Shown: piece after piece, positions 48,886 through 57,517 of the stretch
Layout of the letters: each line of letters opens with the position of its first letter
Position numbering within the stretch: position 1 is the stretch's first letter
Assembly: GCA_043821285.1 (NCBI GenBank)
Contig: JBDRCZ010000029.1
Coordinates: forward strand, 14,959 to 78,958
Source: Candidatus Omnitrophota bacterium
GTDB taxonomy: Bacteria > Omnitrophota > Gorgyraeia > B26-G9 > JBDRCZ01
Direction of reading: 5' to 3'
DNA: 64,000 nt
Made by a program: the position numbers and the translations under genes
The notes under the pieces: model-generated
Database searches by the model: none
What the model was told of the DNA's origin: nothing
Seen by the model: only the letters and a program-made list of their open reading frames with translations

Positions 48886-49575
48886 CTACTTATTGCTTAT
48901 TATTTTCCGGCCTATTGGCTGAAATTTCTCATACTGCACTTCCTTATTTTTACTATACGGCAGTACCCCGAGTATTTCTATTTTGCTTATCTTTTTTATG
49001 ATTAGCGGGTTATCTCTTAAAATAAGCGGATTTTCTTTTTTAAAAAGATTATTAAAAATAACCCCAATTATTTTGATCCTTCTTTTTTTTAGTGCTTCGA
49101 TCGTCAGTAAAGTATGATTAATTGCCCCTAATTTATTCGCGGCAACAATAATTACCGGTAATTTAAATTCTTTGACCATATCAACTACCAGCCGCTTATT
49201 ATTAAACGGCACCAATACCCCGCCAATCCCTTCAACAATCACCAGATCAAAACACCTGCTCAGCACTTTTAAGCTCTTTTTTATTCTATCTTCCTTTATA
49301 TTTCTTTGTTCAAGCTGTGCGGCTAAATGCGGGGAGGCAGAAAATTTAAAACTGTACGGCAGCATATATGATAAATAATCACTAACCTCTTTTTTCCCCT
49401 GCTGCATCAGTTTTAACTGGCAAGCAATATCCGGAGAAAATCTTCTGCTGCCGCTCTGTATCCATTTCTGGGTAATAACCTGCACGCCGCGTTCTTTAAA
49501 AAAACGTCCGAGCAACCCACAAACAACCGTTTTCCCGACCCCGGTATCGGTACCGGCAACAAAAACCGCCTTCAT
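48886..49575 (-). CDS. bioD: Dethiobiotin synthase
   Basis: GTDTGVGKT, SPHLAA, VEGIGG, LGAINHTLLT. Confidence 0.96.
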   Translation of the reverse strand: MKAVFVAGTDTGVGKTVVCGLLGRFFKERGVQVITQKWIQSGSRRFSPDIACQLKLMQQGKKEVSDYLSYMLPYSFKFSASPHLAAQLEQRNIKEDRIKKSLKVLSRCFDLVIVEGIGGVLVPFNNKRLVVDMVKEFKLPVIIVAANKLGAINHTLLTIEALKKRRIKIIGVIFNNLFKKENPLILRDNPLIIKKISKIEILGVLPYSKNKEVQYEKFQPIGRKIISNK

Positions 49576-49576
49576 T

Positions 49577-50344
49577 TCATTTTACCCCTGCACAGAAAAA
49601 CACCTCAAAAGTTGCAATGATTTGCTTATATTTCTTAAGATACACCTGTTCAAGTTTTTTGATCATTGCCCCCGTCCAAAACTTTCGCGCATAGACACCA
49701 TTTCCTCTGGTGCCGGTATATTTTATTTTTTGTAACAGTTCCCATAACGTTTTATATCTCTCTTTATAGATCTTTCGCACAATCGTCGTCTTAAAAAAAA
49801 GACCGGTTAAAATCTCTTTTAATCCTGCTTGGGTAAAAAAATCTCCCGCCTCAACCCGGATATCTTTTGCAAACAGTTCTTTTAAGCAACTATCAAGTTC
49901 CCCATAGGTCTGGGGTCCAAAAATCGAAAATAAAAAAATACCGTTTTTTTTAAGGCTCGCTTTATATCTGGCCAAGGTTCTTTCGACATTCACAAACCAC
50001 TGCAGACTCGCGTTTGAGCAGATAAGATCAAAACCGCGTATAAAATCTTTTTGTTCGGCATCCGCAATGACAAATTTTACCTGATTATTACCAAACCTTC
50101 TTTTTGCTATTTCAACCATTTCCCTTGATATATCTACTGCGGTTATCCGTGCCTGAGGAAATTTGTTATACAAAAGCTTAGTAAAATTGCCCGTGCCGCA
50201 GCCAAGCTCTAATATTTGGCTTGTCTGATTGTCCTCGACTCTTGAGATTAACTCATCTGCACAAAGATTTTGCACGGTTGCATACTGATCATAAAATTTG
50301 GCAGATCTTGAAAAGTTATTTTTGATAACTCGTTTATCTTTCAT
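49577..50344 (-). CDS. bioC: Malonyl-ACP O-methyltransferase
   Basis: FSRSA..YD, LELGCGTG, SNASLQW. Confidence 0.93.
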   Translation of the reverse strand: MKDKRVIKNNFSRSAKFYDQYATVQNLCADELISRVEDNQTSQILELGCGTGNFTKLLYNKFPQARITAVDISREMVEIAKRRFGNNQVKFVIADAEQKDFIRGFDLICSNASLQWFVNVERTLARYKASLKKNGIFLFSIFGPQTYGELDSCLKELFAKDIRVEAGDFFTQAGLKEILTGLFFKTTIVRKIYKERYKTLWELLQKIKYTGTRGNGVYARKFWTGAMIKKLEQVYLKKYKQIIATFEVFFCAGVK

Positions 50345-50352
50345 TTTAGCGA

Positions 50353-51048
50353 TTAATCTTCTTTGTTGCAGAAAATTTGGTTAAAATTCTTCTGCTGGAA
50401 GACAACGTGCCCGGCATTTTTCAAGCGGATAAATTCTGCCTGCGGCAAACTACTCTTAAGCTGCATCGCCGCCCAGACCGGAACAATTTCATCTTTTTCT
50501 CCGTGTAAAATTTTAAGCCTTTTTATCCGCCGCAGCCGCTCAACGTTTATCTCGCAGCCGGCCAAATAATCCAGGGTCTGCAGTAAATAATCCAGCACAA
50601 ATTTAGTTAAATATTCTTTCAGTAATTTATTTTTAAACCAGGCAAACTCTCTTTTTTCGGCAAAGCAGGAAGCATAAAACTTATATAAATATGCATCTTT
50701 ATTCTGAGTCAAATATGCTTTTATCTTTTCTATCTCCCGCGGGCTATATTTTTTTCTTATGCCAACCAGTATAAGTTCATGAGCAATATCCCCAAATTTC
50801 GCCGCAAAGTCAACGGCAACAAACCCGCCCATTGACCAACCCAGTAAAGATATTTTCTTAATATTTCTCTCTTCCATTGTTTGATGCAATCTCTCGGCAA
50901 AATCAAACGGTGAAAATTCCACCGGCAAAAGATAATTATATTTTAAATCCAATCCTTCAAATATTTTCCAGTCCGTAGCCCAGCCAGGAATCAGGACCAG
51001 GGTGTTTTCAAAACCTTTATCAATAAAATCAAATACCGTAGGCTTCAT
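50353..51048 (-). CDS. bioH: Alpha/beta hydrolase, pimeloyl-ACP methyl ester esterase (BioH-like)
   Basis: PGW, GWSMGG, HGEKD, AGH; between bioF and bioC. Confidence 0.75.
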   Translation of the reverse strand: MKPTVFDFIDKGFENTLVLIPGWATDWKIFEGLDLKYNYLLPVEFSPFDFAERLHQTMEERNIKKISLLGWSMGGFVAVDFAAKFGDIAHELILVGIRKKYSPREIEKIKAYLTQNKDAYLYKFYASCFAEKREFAWFKNKLLKEYLTKFVLDYLLQTLDYLAGCEINVERLRRIKRLKILHGEKDEIVPVWAAMQLKSSLPQAEFIRLKNAGHVVFQQKNFNQIFCNKED

Positions 51049-51104
51049 AATTTACCCCTCTGTCATAATAATGTCCAACTTATCTTCACTCAACATGCAA
51101 CATA

Positions 51105-52241
51105 CTATATACAACATGCGACCTTTTCCAGCATCTCTTTCGTATGATTATAGGTTAGGGAAAATCTGATCCTTGCTGCTCCCTCGGGAACAGTTGGCGG
51201 CCTGATTGCCACCACCCAGTATCCGGCATCTTTAAGTTTTTTACTATATTCCATTGCCTTGATATTCTCGCGCAAAATTAGCGGAACAATCTGCGAACCG
51301 CCTGTTATACTAACCCCTTTATGCTGCAACATCGTCCGGAAAAAACCTGCATTTTTCAGAAGTATTTTTCTGCGCTGTGGTTCTTGTTTAATTAAATTTA
51401 TACTCTCGAGATTCGCAGAAATTACCGCTGGCGGCAAGGCGGTTGAATAGATAAAACTCCGGCAGGTATTTATCAGATATTTTTTTATTTTGTTTGATAC
51501 GGCAACATAAGCGCCAAAACTTCCCAATGCCTTGCTAAAAGTCCCCATGATTATATCAATGTCTCCGGTCATCCCTTCTTCTTCGACCACCCCGGCCCCA
51601 TTTTTGCCAAATATCCCGGTGGCATGCGCCTCATCCACAAAAATCTGGCAATGATATTTTTCTTTTAACCTAACTATGTCTGTCACCGGGGCACGATCCC
51701 CATCCATACTAAAAATTGTCTCGGTAATGATTAAGGCGTTTTTAAATTTGTTTCTCTCTTTTTTAAGCAGTGTTTTAAGATGCGTAATATCATTATGCAA
51801 AAAGCGGAAAAATCTCGCGCCGGATAAACCTATGCCATCGACGATACTCGCATGATTTAATTTATCGGAAAAAATGACATCACCCTTTTGATAAAGGGCG
51901 CTGATTACTCCGACATTTGCCTGATATCCCGAGTTAAAAATCAAGGCTGCTTCTTTGCCTTTAAAATCGGCTGTTTGTTCTTCCAGTTGATGATGGAGTT
52001 TTAGGTCTCCGCTTAAAAGACGCGATGCAGAAGATGAACCGCCAAACTTATCAACTGCTTTAAGCACGGCTTGTTTAATTTTAGGATGGTTGGATAATCC
52101 CAGGTAATCATTGGATGAAAAATCAATATATTCTTTGCCGTTAAAATAGATTTTACCATCGCCTCTTGCGTCCGCAGGACATAATCCTCTTAACAGCTGC
52201 CGCTGTTCTTGTTGCTGTAAAAATTTTTCTATTTGCTCCAT
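51105..52241 (-). CDS. bioF: 8-amino-7-oxononanoate synthase
   Basis: FSSNDYLGL, SGYQAN, LNHASI, DEAHATG, GTFSKALG, AIRPPTVP. Confidence 0.97.
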   Translation of the reverse strand: MEQIEKFLQQQEQRQLLRGLCPADARGDGKIYFNGKEYIDFSSNDYLGLSNHPKIKQAVLKAVDKFGGSSSASRLLSGDLKLHHQLEEQTADFKGKEAALIFNSGYQANVGVISALYQKGDVIFSDKLNHASIVDGIGLSGARFFRFLHNDITHLKTLLKKERNKFKNALIITETIFSMDGDRAPVTDIVRLKEKYHCQIFVDEAHATGIFGKNGAGVVEEEGMTGDIDIIMGTFSKALGSFGAYVAVSNKIKKYLINTCRSFIYSTALPPAVISANLESINLIKQEPQRRKILLKNAGFFRTMLQHKGVSITGGSQIVPLILRENIKAMEYSKKLKDAGYWVVAIRPPTVPEGAARIRFSLTYNHTKEMLEKVACCI

Positions 52242-53152
52242 AGGTCTTTTATTTCTTCAACCAGTGCCTGATCCATTTCTATGCTTCTGCCTTTGATCGT
52301 TAAATATCCGCCAATAAGTATTCCATTTGCCCCGGCCATAAATCCCATCCCCTGAAAATCCCTTAGTACGGTTTCTCTGCCTGCGGCAATCTTTATAATT
52401 TTATCCGGTAAAATAATCCTAAATATTGCAATCGTTCTTATCGCATCATTTACCGAAAGTGATTTAATCTGCTCAAAAGGTGTGCCATTTACCGGGACAA
52501 GGATATTTATCGGAACCGCGTCAACCGCTAGTCTTTTCAAAACACATGCCATACTAATTCTATCTTCCCAATTCTCGCCCATACCAATAATCCCGCCACT
52601 GCAGACCTCCAGCCCCGTTTGTTTTGCAGCAGAAATCGTACTTATTCTTTGTTCAAAGGTATGAGTGGTAACAACATGCGGGTAGAATCGTGATGCGGTC
52701 TCAATGTTATGGTGGTAGCGGGTAAGACCGGCAGATTTGAGCATTTTCAACTGTGGTTTATCTAATGCCCCTAAAGAAGCGCAGACCACCATGCCTGTTT
52801 TTTCTTTTATCTCCGAAACTGCTTCGATAATCCGGTCTAATTCTTTCGCACTGATACGGTTACCGCTGGTCACAATCCCGAATTTATCTGCGCCAATCTT
52901 TTTGGCATTCTCTGCTGCGCTTATAATCTCTTTTTTCGATTTTAAGGTATAGCGATCAATATTAGCGCGATGCCGTGTTGACTGAGCACAAAACTTACAA
53001 TCTTCCCCACAGAGGCCGGATTTTGCATTTATAATACTGCAGAGTTCCAGTTTCTTTCCGTTAAAATCTCTTCTTACTTTATTTGCCTGTACTATCAGCT
53101 CTGCCAGCGGCAAATCCAGTAATTCCTTATAAATAGTAATCGCATCTATCAT
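52229..53152 (-). CDS. bioB: Biotin synthase
   Basis: CGEDCKFCAQS radical SAM motif, YHHNIET, CSGGIIGMGE. Start 53152 preferred (alternative 53170). Confidence 0.96.
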   Translation of the reverse strand: MIDAITIYKELLDLPLAELIVQANKVRRDFNGKKLELCSIINAKSGLCGEDCKFCAQSTRHRANIDRYTLKSKKEIISAAENAKKIGADKFGIVTSGNRISAKELDRIIEAVSEIKEKTGMVVCASLGALDKPQLKMLKSAGLTRYHHNIETASRFYPHVVTTHTFEQRISTISAAKQTGLEVCSGGIIGMGENWEDRISMACVLKRLAVDAVPINILVPVNGTPFEQIKSLSVNDAIRTIAIFRIILPDKIIKIAAGRETVLRDFQGMGFMAGANGILIGGYLTIKGRSIEMDQALVEEIKDLWSK

Positions 53153-53184
53153 TGTTAACCATTTTAACATGTAAGGTTAACAAT
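53151..53184. promoter_or_regulatory. BirA operator
   Basis: ATTGTTAAC-N16-GTTAACAAT perfect palindrome at the bioB start; matches the BirA box consensus. Confidence 0.88.
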
Positions 53185-53252
53185 TGCCATAAAAATAAAT
53201 TACTACACGGATGGTAATTTAGCATTTACCTTTTCTTTTTCAAGAAAAGGTA

Positions 53253-53400
53253 AATAAAAAAATTCCTTCGGAATCTTTTTATCCATTTAAAAACCTTTCG
53301 TGTTCAAACCTTCCCTTAACAATGAATTAAATATGCCAAACTATACCCCAATTCCCTTGTTATCCACAGATTGAAAATCTTATTGTTTCCTATACGTTAA
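53253..53400. repeat. ~145-bp dispersed repeat, copy 3
   Basis: Near-identical to 16810-16958. Confidence 0.92.
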
Positions 53401-53409
53401 AGAAAATTG

Positions 53410-54105
53410 CTATATTTTTACAAATTTATCTTTTCCCGCTCCGCATATCGGACAACCCCAATCATCCGGTATTTGCTCAAACGCTGTTCCCGGGGTAATG
53501 CCTCCATCAGGGTCACCAAGCGCAGGGTTATAGATATAATTACAAACCGTACAGCGATATTTTCCCAGTTGCGAAGTTATTTCTTCCTTCTTTAAATCAT
53601 CTTTCTCCATAAAAGTAGGTGCGGTCCGCGGTGTCCGGCCATTTTTTACATTATGATAATAATCATAGGTCATTGGCCGTCCATCGGTTAAAAATTCTGC
53701 TCCGGTCATTTCTGCTAAAAAAACCGTATGCGTACCACAATCCACCTTATTTACCACCTTTACTTCCAAAAAACACAAAGCATAATCCAAAACCACCGGA
53801 CACCCTGAAGCAAGAAGCTTATATTTAACCTCACTAAATTTATTTTCCTGTCTTCCTGATTTAAAACCAAATTTACCAATAAAGCGCAGCGGGGCATTTT
53901 CTGAGAGTATTGAGATACTAAAACGCTGACTTTCCTCAATAAATTCATGGGTAAAATTCTCTTTAGCAATACTCACCGCCAGGATAACTGGTTTACTTGT
54001 TATCTGAACCACCGTATTTACAACTTGCGCATTCAAAGTGTCTTGCTTATTTACCGCAACAAGATAAATCCCGTAGGTTATCCAATACAACACATTACGT
54101 TCCAT
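53410..54105 (-). CDS. Flavin reductase-rubredoxin fusion (high-molecular-weight rubredoxin)
   Basis: ITYGIY, FGFKSGR, GTHTVFL, then CTVCNYIY...WGCPICG. Confidence 0.9.
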   Translation of the reverse strand: MERNVLYWITYGIYLVAVNKQDTLNAQVVNTVVQITSKPVILAVSIAKENFTHEFIEESQRFSISILSENAPLRFIGKFGFKSGRQENKFSEVKYKLLASGCPVVLDYALCFLEVKVVNKVDCGTHTVFLAEMTGAEFLTDGRPMTYDYYHNVKNGRTPRTAPTFMEKDDLKKEEITSQLGKYRCTVCNYIYNPALGDPDGGITPGTAFEQIPDDWGCPICGAGKDKFVKI

Positions 54106-54135
54106 CCCCACCACCCCCTCCAACCAATGTTCCAC

Positions 54136-54660
54136 CTACGAAGTGGAACATTGGTCGATTCTGACCCTTTTCAAAATTTCACGGCAAAATGCTGGTAAAT
54201 CGTACGGATTACGCGCGGTAATCAAATTTCCGTCTACCACAACTTCCCGGTCAAAAAATTCAGTACCGGCATTTACCATATCATCTTTTATTGCCGAAAA
54301 ACTCGTTGCCTTTCGGCCCTTTAATATGCCGGCGGAAATAAGTACCCAGCCGCCGTGGCAAATAGCTGCGACTATTTTACCTTTATTATGCATCTCCCGT
54401 ACAAATGAATTTACCTCCGGGTAGCGGCGTAAAAAATCAGGCGCCCAGCCGCCGGGGATAACTACCCCGGTAAAATCACTAACCTTTGCCTTATCAATCG
54501 AAAGCTCTTCGCCGGCCGGGTATCCTTCTTTACTATGGTACTCTTGCTTTCTCCCTGTTCCGACAAGCAGTGTATCTATGCCTTGCTCCCGCAAACGCAG
54601 ATACGGATACCATACTTCCAAAACCTGATAACCATCTTCAACCAGTACGGCTACTTTCAT
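54136..54660 (-). CDS. PfpI/DJ-1 family protein
   Basis: IPGGWAPD, AAICHG, VVVDGNLITAR.P.DLPAF. Confidence 0.92.
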   Translation of the reverse strand: MKVAVLVEDGYQVLEVWYPYLRLREQGIDTLLVGTGRKQEYHSKEGYPAGEELSIDKAKVSDFTGVVIPGGWAPDFLRRYPEVNSFVREMHNKGKIVAAICHGGWVLISAGILKGRKATSFSAIKDDMVNAGTEFFDREVVVDGNLITARNPYDLPAFCREILKRVRIDQCSTS

Positions 54661-54775
54661 TTTTCCGCCTTTCCATATCAAAAATTATTGTCTAAGAGCG
54701 GTGATTTCAGCAGCTCGCTCTCCCCTATCTTTTAGACTCTTCCTGCAAAAAACACTTCTCTTTCATCTCACCTCC

Positions 54776-55264
54776 TCATTGTTTAAAAAACACCTGGGCG
54801 ATTATCCCGGCAAGTGGAGGAAACAGGCAGGTACTTACAATACGAACAAGCGTAAACCGCCACCCGAGTATACCTATTTCCATTGGCAACCTGCCAACAG
54901 CCCATAATGACCAGCCGGTAAGAAAGGCAACCATTGTGCCTATACTCGCACCCGAGCGCAGGAGTACCGCGGCAATCGGCAGACTAACATAAGGTCCTCC
55001 CGGCATAAGTCCGCCGGCGATTGCCCCAATAAATATACCGCGCATGCCCGAATTAGTGCCTACCCATTTTGCCAGAAGCTCATGCGGAATGAGCACCTGA
55101 ACCATGCCGGCAACAATAAAGGCACAAATAAGTAACGGCATAATTTGTACGGTCATCGTCAGCGCCGACTTCATTCCGCTGATATGCTGCCCGTCTCCTT
55201 TATGATAACCAATAAAAAGCAGCACCCCGGCTGATACTGCCATGATTATTGTTGGCACAAACAT
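54776..55264 (-). CDS. Predicted permease (DUF318/ArsP-like half)
   Basis: Multi-TM, PGGPYVSLPIAAVLLRSGA. Confidence 0.8.
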   Translation of the reverse strand: MFVPTIIMAVSAGVLLFIGYHKGDGQHISGMKSALTMTVQIMPLLICAFIVAGMVQVLIPHELLAKWVGTNSGMRGIFIGAIAGGLMPGGPYVSLPIAAVLLRSGASIGTMVAFLTGWSLWAVGRLPMEIGILGWRFTLVRIVSTCLFPPLAGIIAQVFFKQ

Positions 55265-55487
55265 GTTTTTTCTCCCTGTTTTATTTTTTTCTTTCTGCAC
55301 AATAACCGTATCCCTTTTTTTATTCCCCCTTTATTATACCACATTTTTATGTTATGCTATTATTGATATTTGAAAATCGTGATTATATTTTTATATTAAT
55401 GTCCCGCCGATGTGGTAAAATATTGGTGGTGTCAAAAATAAAATGAAAGAAACCACAGAACCAAAATATTAGTTATGAGAGGAAGAT

Positions 55488-55916
55488 ATGGGTTTTTCTC
55501 AATATGGGTTAAGTGCGCAAAAAGAAAAATCACTGTTTGATAAGATGGAAAACCTTGGCATAAAGGAAGCGGATATTATCGAGCGGTTTATTCGTTCAAG
55601 CGGTGCAGGCGGGCAAAAGGTGAACAAAACTTCAGCCTGCGTTTATTTAAAACATCTTCCCACCGGAATAGAAGTTAAATGCCAAAAAGAACGTTCGCAA
55701 ATCCTAAACCGATTTTTTGCCCGGCGTATTCTGACCAATAAAATAGAAAACATGCTGATTGGTAAAAAAAGTGAAGAACAGCAACGGCTGGCAAAAATCA
55801 GGCGGCAGAAACGTAAGCGGTCAAAACGGGCAAAAGAAAAAATCCTTCAAATAAAAAAACTCCACGCACAAAAAAAAGCGGCGCGACGGTATAAACCAAA
55901 TTTTGCGGAATACTAA
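55488..55916 (+). CDS. arfB: Peptidyl-tRNA hydrolase / release-factor-like ribosome rescue factor (ArfB-like)
   Basis: RSSGAGGQKVNKT, ERSQ..NR, basic C-terminal tail. Confidence 0.75.
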   Translation: MGFSQYGLSAQKEKSLFDKMENLGIKEADIIERFIRSSGAGGQKVNKTSACVYLKHLPTGIEVKCQKERSQILNRFFARRILTNKIENMLIGKKSEEQQRLAKIRRQKRKRSKRAKEKILQIKKLHAQKKAARRYKPNFAEY

Positions 55917-56053
55917 AACCTCTTGACCGTTAAACGCTGCATTGCTCCAACATCAAAATTCCAGTACGCACAATAAAAGGCGCAATCTTTCCCCTCTACA
56001 TTCCCTTTTACGGGCTCGCATCCCAGAGTTTTCTATATGCCATTTGCCAATTC

Positions 56054-56144
56054 TGGCGGAGGAGGAAGGATTCGAACCCTCGACCCACTTAAGGCGGGTA
56101 CTGCTTTTCGAGAGCAGCGCCTTCGACCACTCGGCCACTCCTCC
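56054..56144 (-). tRNA. tRNA-Ser(CGA)
   Basis: GGAGGAG acceptor stem, anticodon arm CTGCT-CTCGAAA-AGCAG, long variable arm, GTTCGAATC, encoded CCA. Confidence 0.97.
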
Positions 56145-56259
56145 ATTAAAATCCGTTATTCATATCTCGTTGTTAATATCTCGAATATAAACTAAGTTTC
56201 TTTGGCTTTAACAAGATACGAGATACAAGATACGAACGACAAGTCTGCTAAGACTTTTT

Positions 56260-56823
56260 TTACTGCTGCCGGCCTTCAATTGCCAAAAGCAATATTACTC
56301 CGGCAAATGCCAGCCGTTTATCTATAACCTCTTCTCTGTCCTGAGAAAAATCTACTTTAAACTTATGGATAAATGGATTAAAAAACTGATCAATCGTTAT
56401 TAGCTTTTGCGCGTTGCTCTCGATCACATAATTTTGGGGAATTATATTAATAAATCTGCGCAGCATGGCCATGGCGAGATTATCCTCTTTTAGGCTGGCA
56501 ATTAGTTTATCATCTTGATCCAAAATCTCCCACTGATCCCGTAAAATAGATTTCATTCCCTTACGCCGCAGGGTGCCAATCTTCTCATTGGTCTCTGAAA
56601 CATACACATCATAAGCCGCACTAAAATCTATAATCTGCCTTGCCCGAACACGCAAGGCCTCTTCTTTCATTTCCCGGTCACGATAAATACGAATATCTTC
56701 CCGCAATTTAAATGCCTTTTGTCTAGAGTAAAGCAGCAGCCGTCCGGATGCATCAAGTATCCGAAACCCCGCCCCTAAAAAAGTGAACACATCTTTTTTT
56801 ATAATAAAAACATTCTCCGCCAT
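56260..56823 (-). CDS. LURP-one/scramblase-like protein
   Basis: QKAFKLREDIRIY, ARQIIDFSAAYDV, LRRKGMKSILRDQWEI, IEGRQ. Confidence 0.7.
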   Translation of the reverse strand: MAENVFIIKKDVFTFLGAGFRILDASGRLLLYSRQKAFKLREDIRIYRDREMKEEALRVRARQIIDFSAAYDVYVSETNEKIGTLRRKGMKSILRDQWEILDQDDKLIASLKEDNLAMAMLRRFINIIPQNYVIESNAQKLITIDQFFNPFIHKFKVDFSQDREEVIDKRLAFAGVILLLAIEGRQQ

Positions 56824-56988
56824 AACATACCCCCCCATGTTTTTAAATATCTAATTGACCTAATTTCTAACCCTATATATTCCAAATTCTCTGTCTGCTA
56901 ATATGCAAAATGCTTTGAATATTAGAATATTCGAATCTTTGAATTTTAGAATTTTGTCCTTTTTTTATGCTCAATACTCAATACGAAC

Positions 56989-57303
56989 CTATATCTGTCC
57001 TCTTCTTTTATTTATATGATTAGCAAATGCAATAACCGTGTCCTTCCCGGCCTCCTCCCTCAACATCATTTTATAAAAATCGCATTTTGTACATCGCTTC
57101 TCTCTGCCCTTCAGTGTTCCGCTAATTGCTTCCAAACAAAAAGTTCCGGTTATATACATACACGCCCGGCCGCCATTTTTCCCGCCACAAAATCCCTCAG
57201 CCAAAGCAAAAATTGCCGCCTGACACACCCCCAACTCTCTTGTTTTTACCCCGCCCGGCTCCCGGCCGCACTTCTTAAATTCCCAACAATTTTGTTTTTG
57301 CAT
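56989..57303 (-). CDS. Two-CW-domain cysteine-rich protein
   Basis: NCWEFKKCGREPGG...GRAC...GTFC...C..CDFY. Confidence 0.8.
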   Translation of the reverse strand: MQKQNCWEFKKCGREPGGVKTRELGVCQAAIFALAEGFCGGKNGGRACMYITGTFCLEAISGTLKGREKRCTKCDFYKMMLREEAGKDTVIAFANHINKRRGQI

Positions 57304-57329
57304 CCTTTTTCCTTCAAACTGAACGCGCC

Positions 57330-57477
57330 ATAAAAAAATTCCTTCGGAATCTTTTTATCCATTTAAAAACCTATGGTTTTCAAACCTTCCCTTAACAATG
57401 AATTAAATATACCAAACTATACCCCAATTCCCAAGTTAGCCAGAGATTGAAAATCTTATTGTTTCCTAATACGTGAA
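57330..57477. repeat. ~145-bp dispersed repeat, copy 4 (more diverged)
   Basis: Same sequence family as 16810-16958. Confidence 0.9.
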
Positions 57478-57517
57478 CAAAAGACCATCCGGAATGTTCT
57501 GGCACGATTTTTTAAAT

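Noticed and set aside
47200-56054. Island integrated at the tRNA-Ser 3' end
   Set aside because: No duplicated tRNA 3' end and no integrase found.
55942-56190. ORFs overlapping tRNA-Ser
   Set aside because: Spurious translations of the tRNA gene.
16810-57477. The 145-bp repeat or short periodic repeats as a CRISPR array
   Set aside because: Copies are dispersed rather than regularly interspaced with unique spacers, and there are no cas genes.
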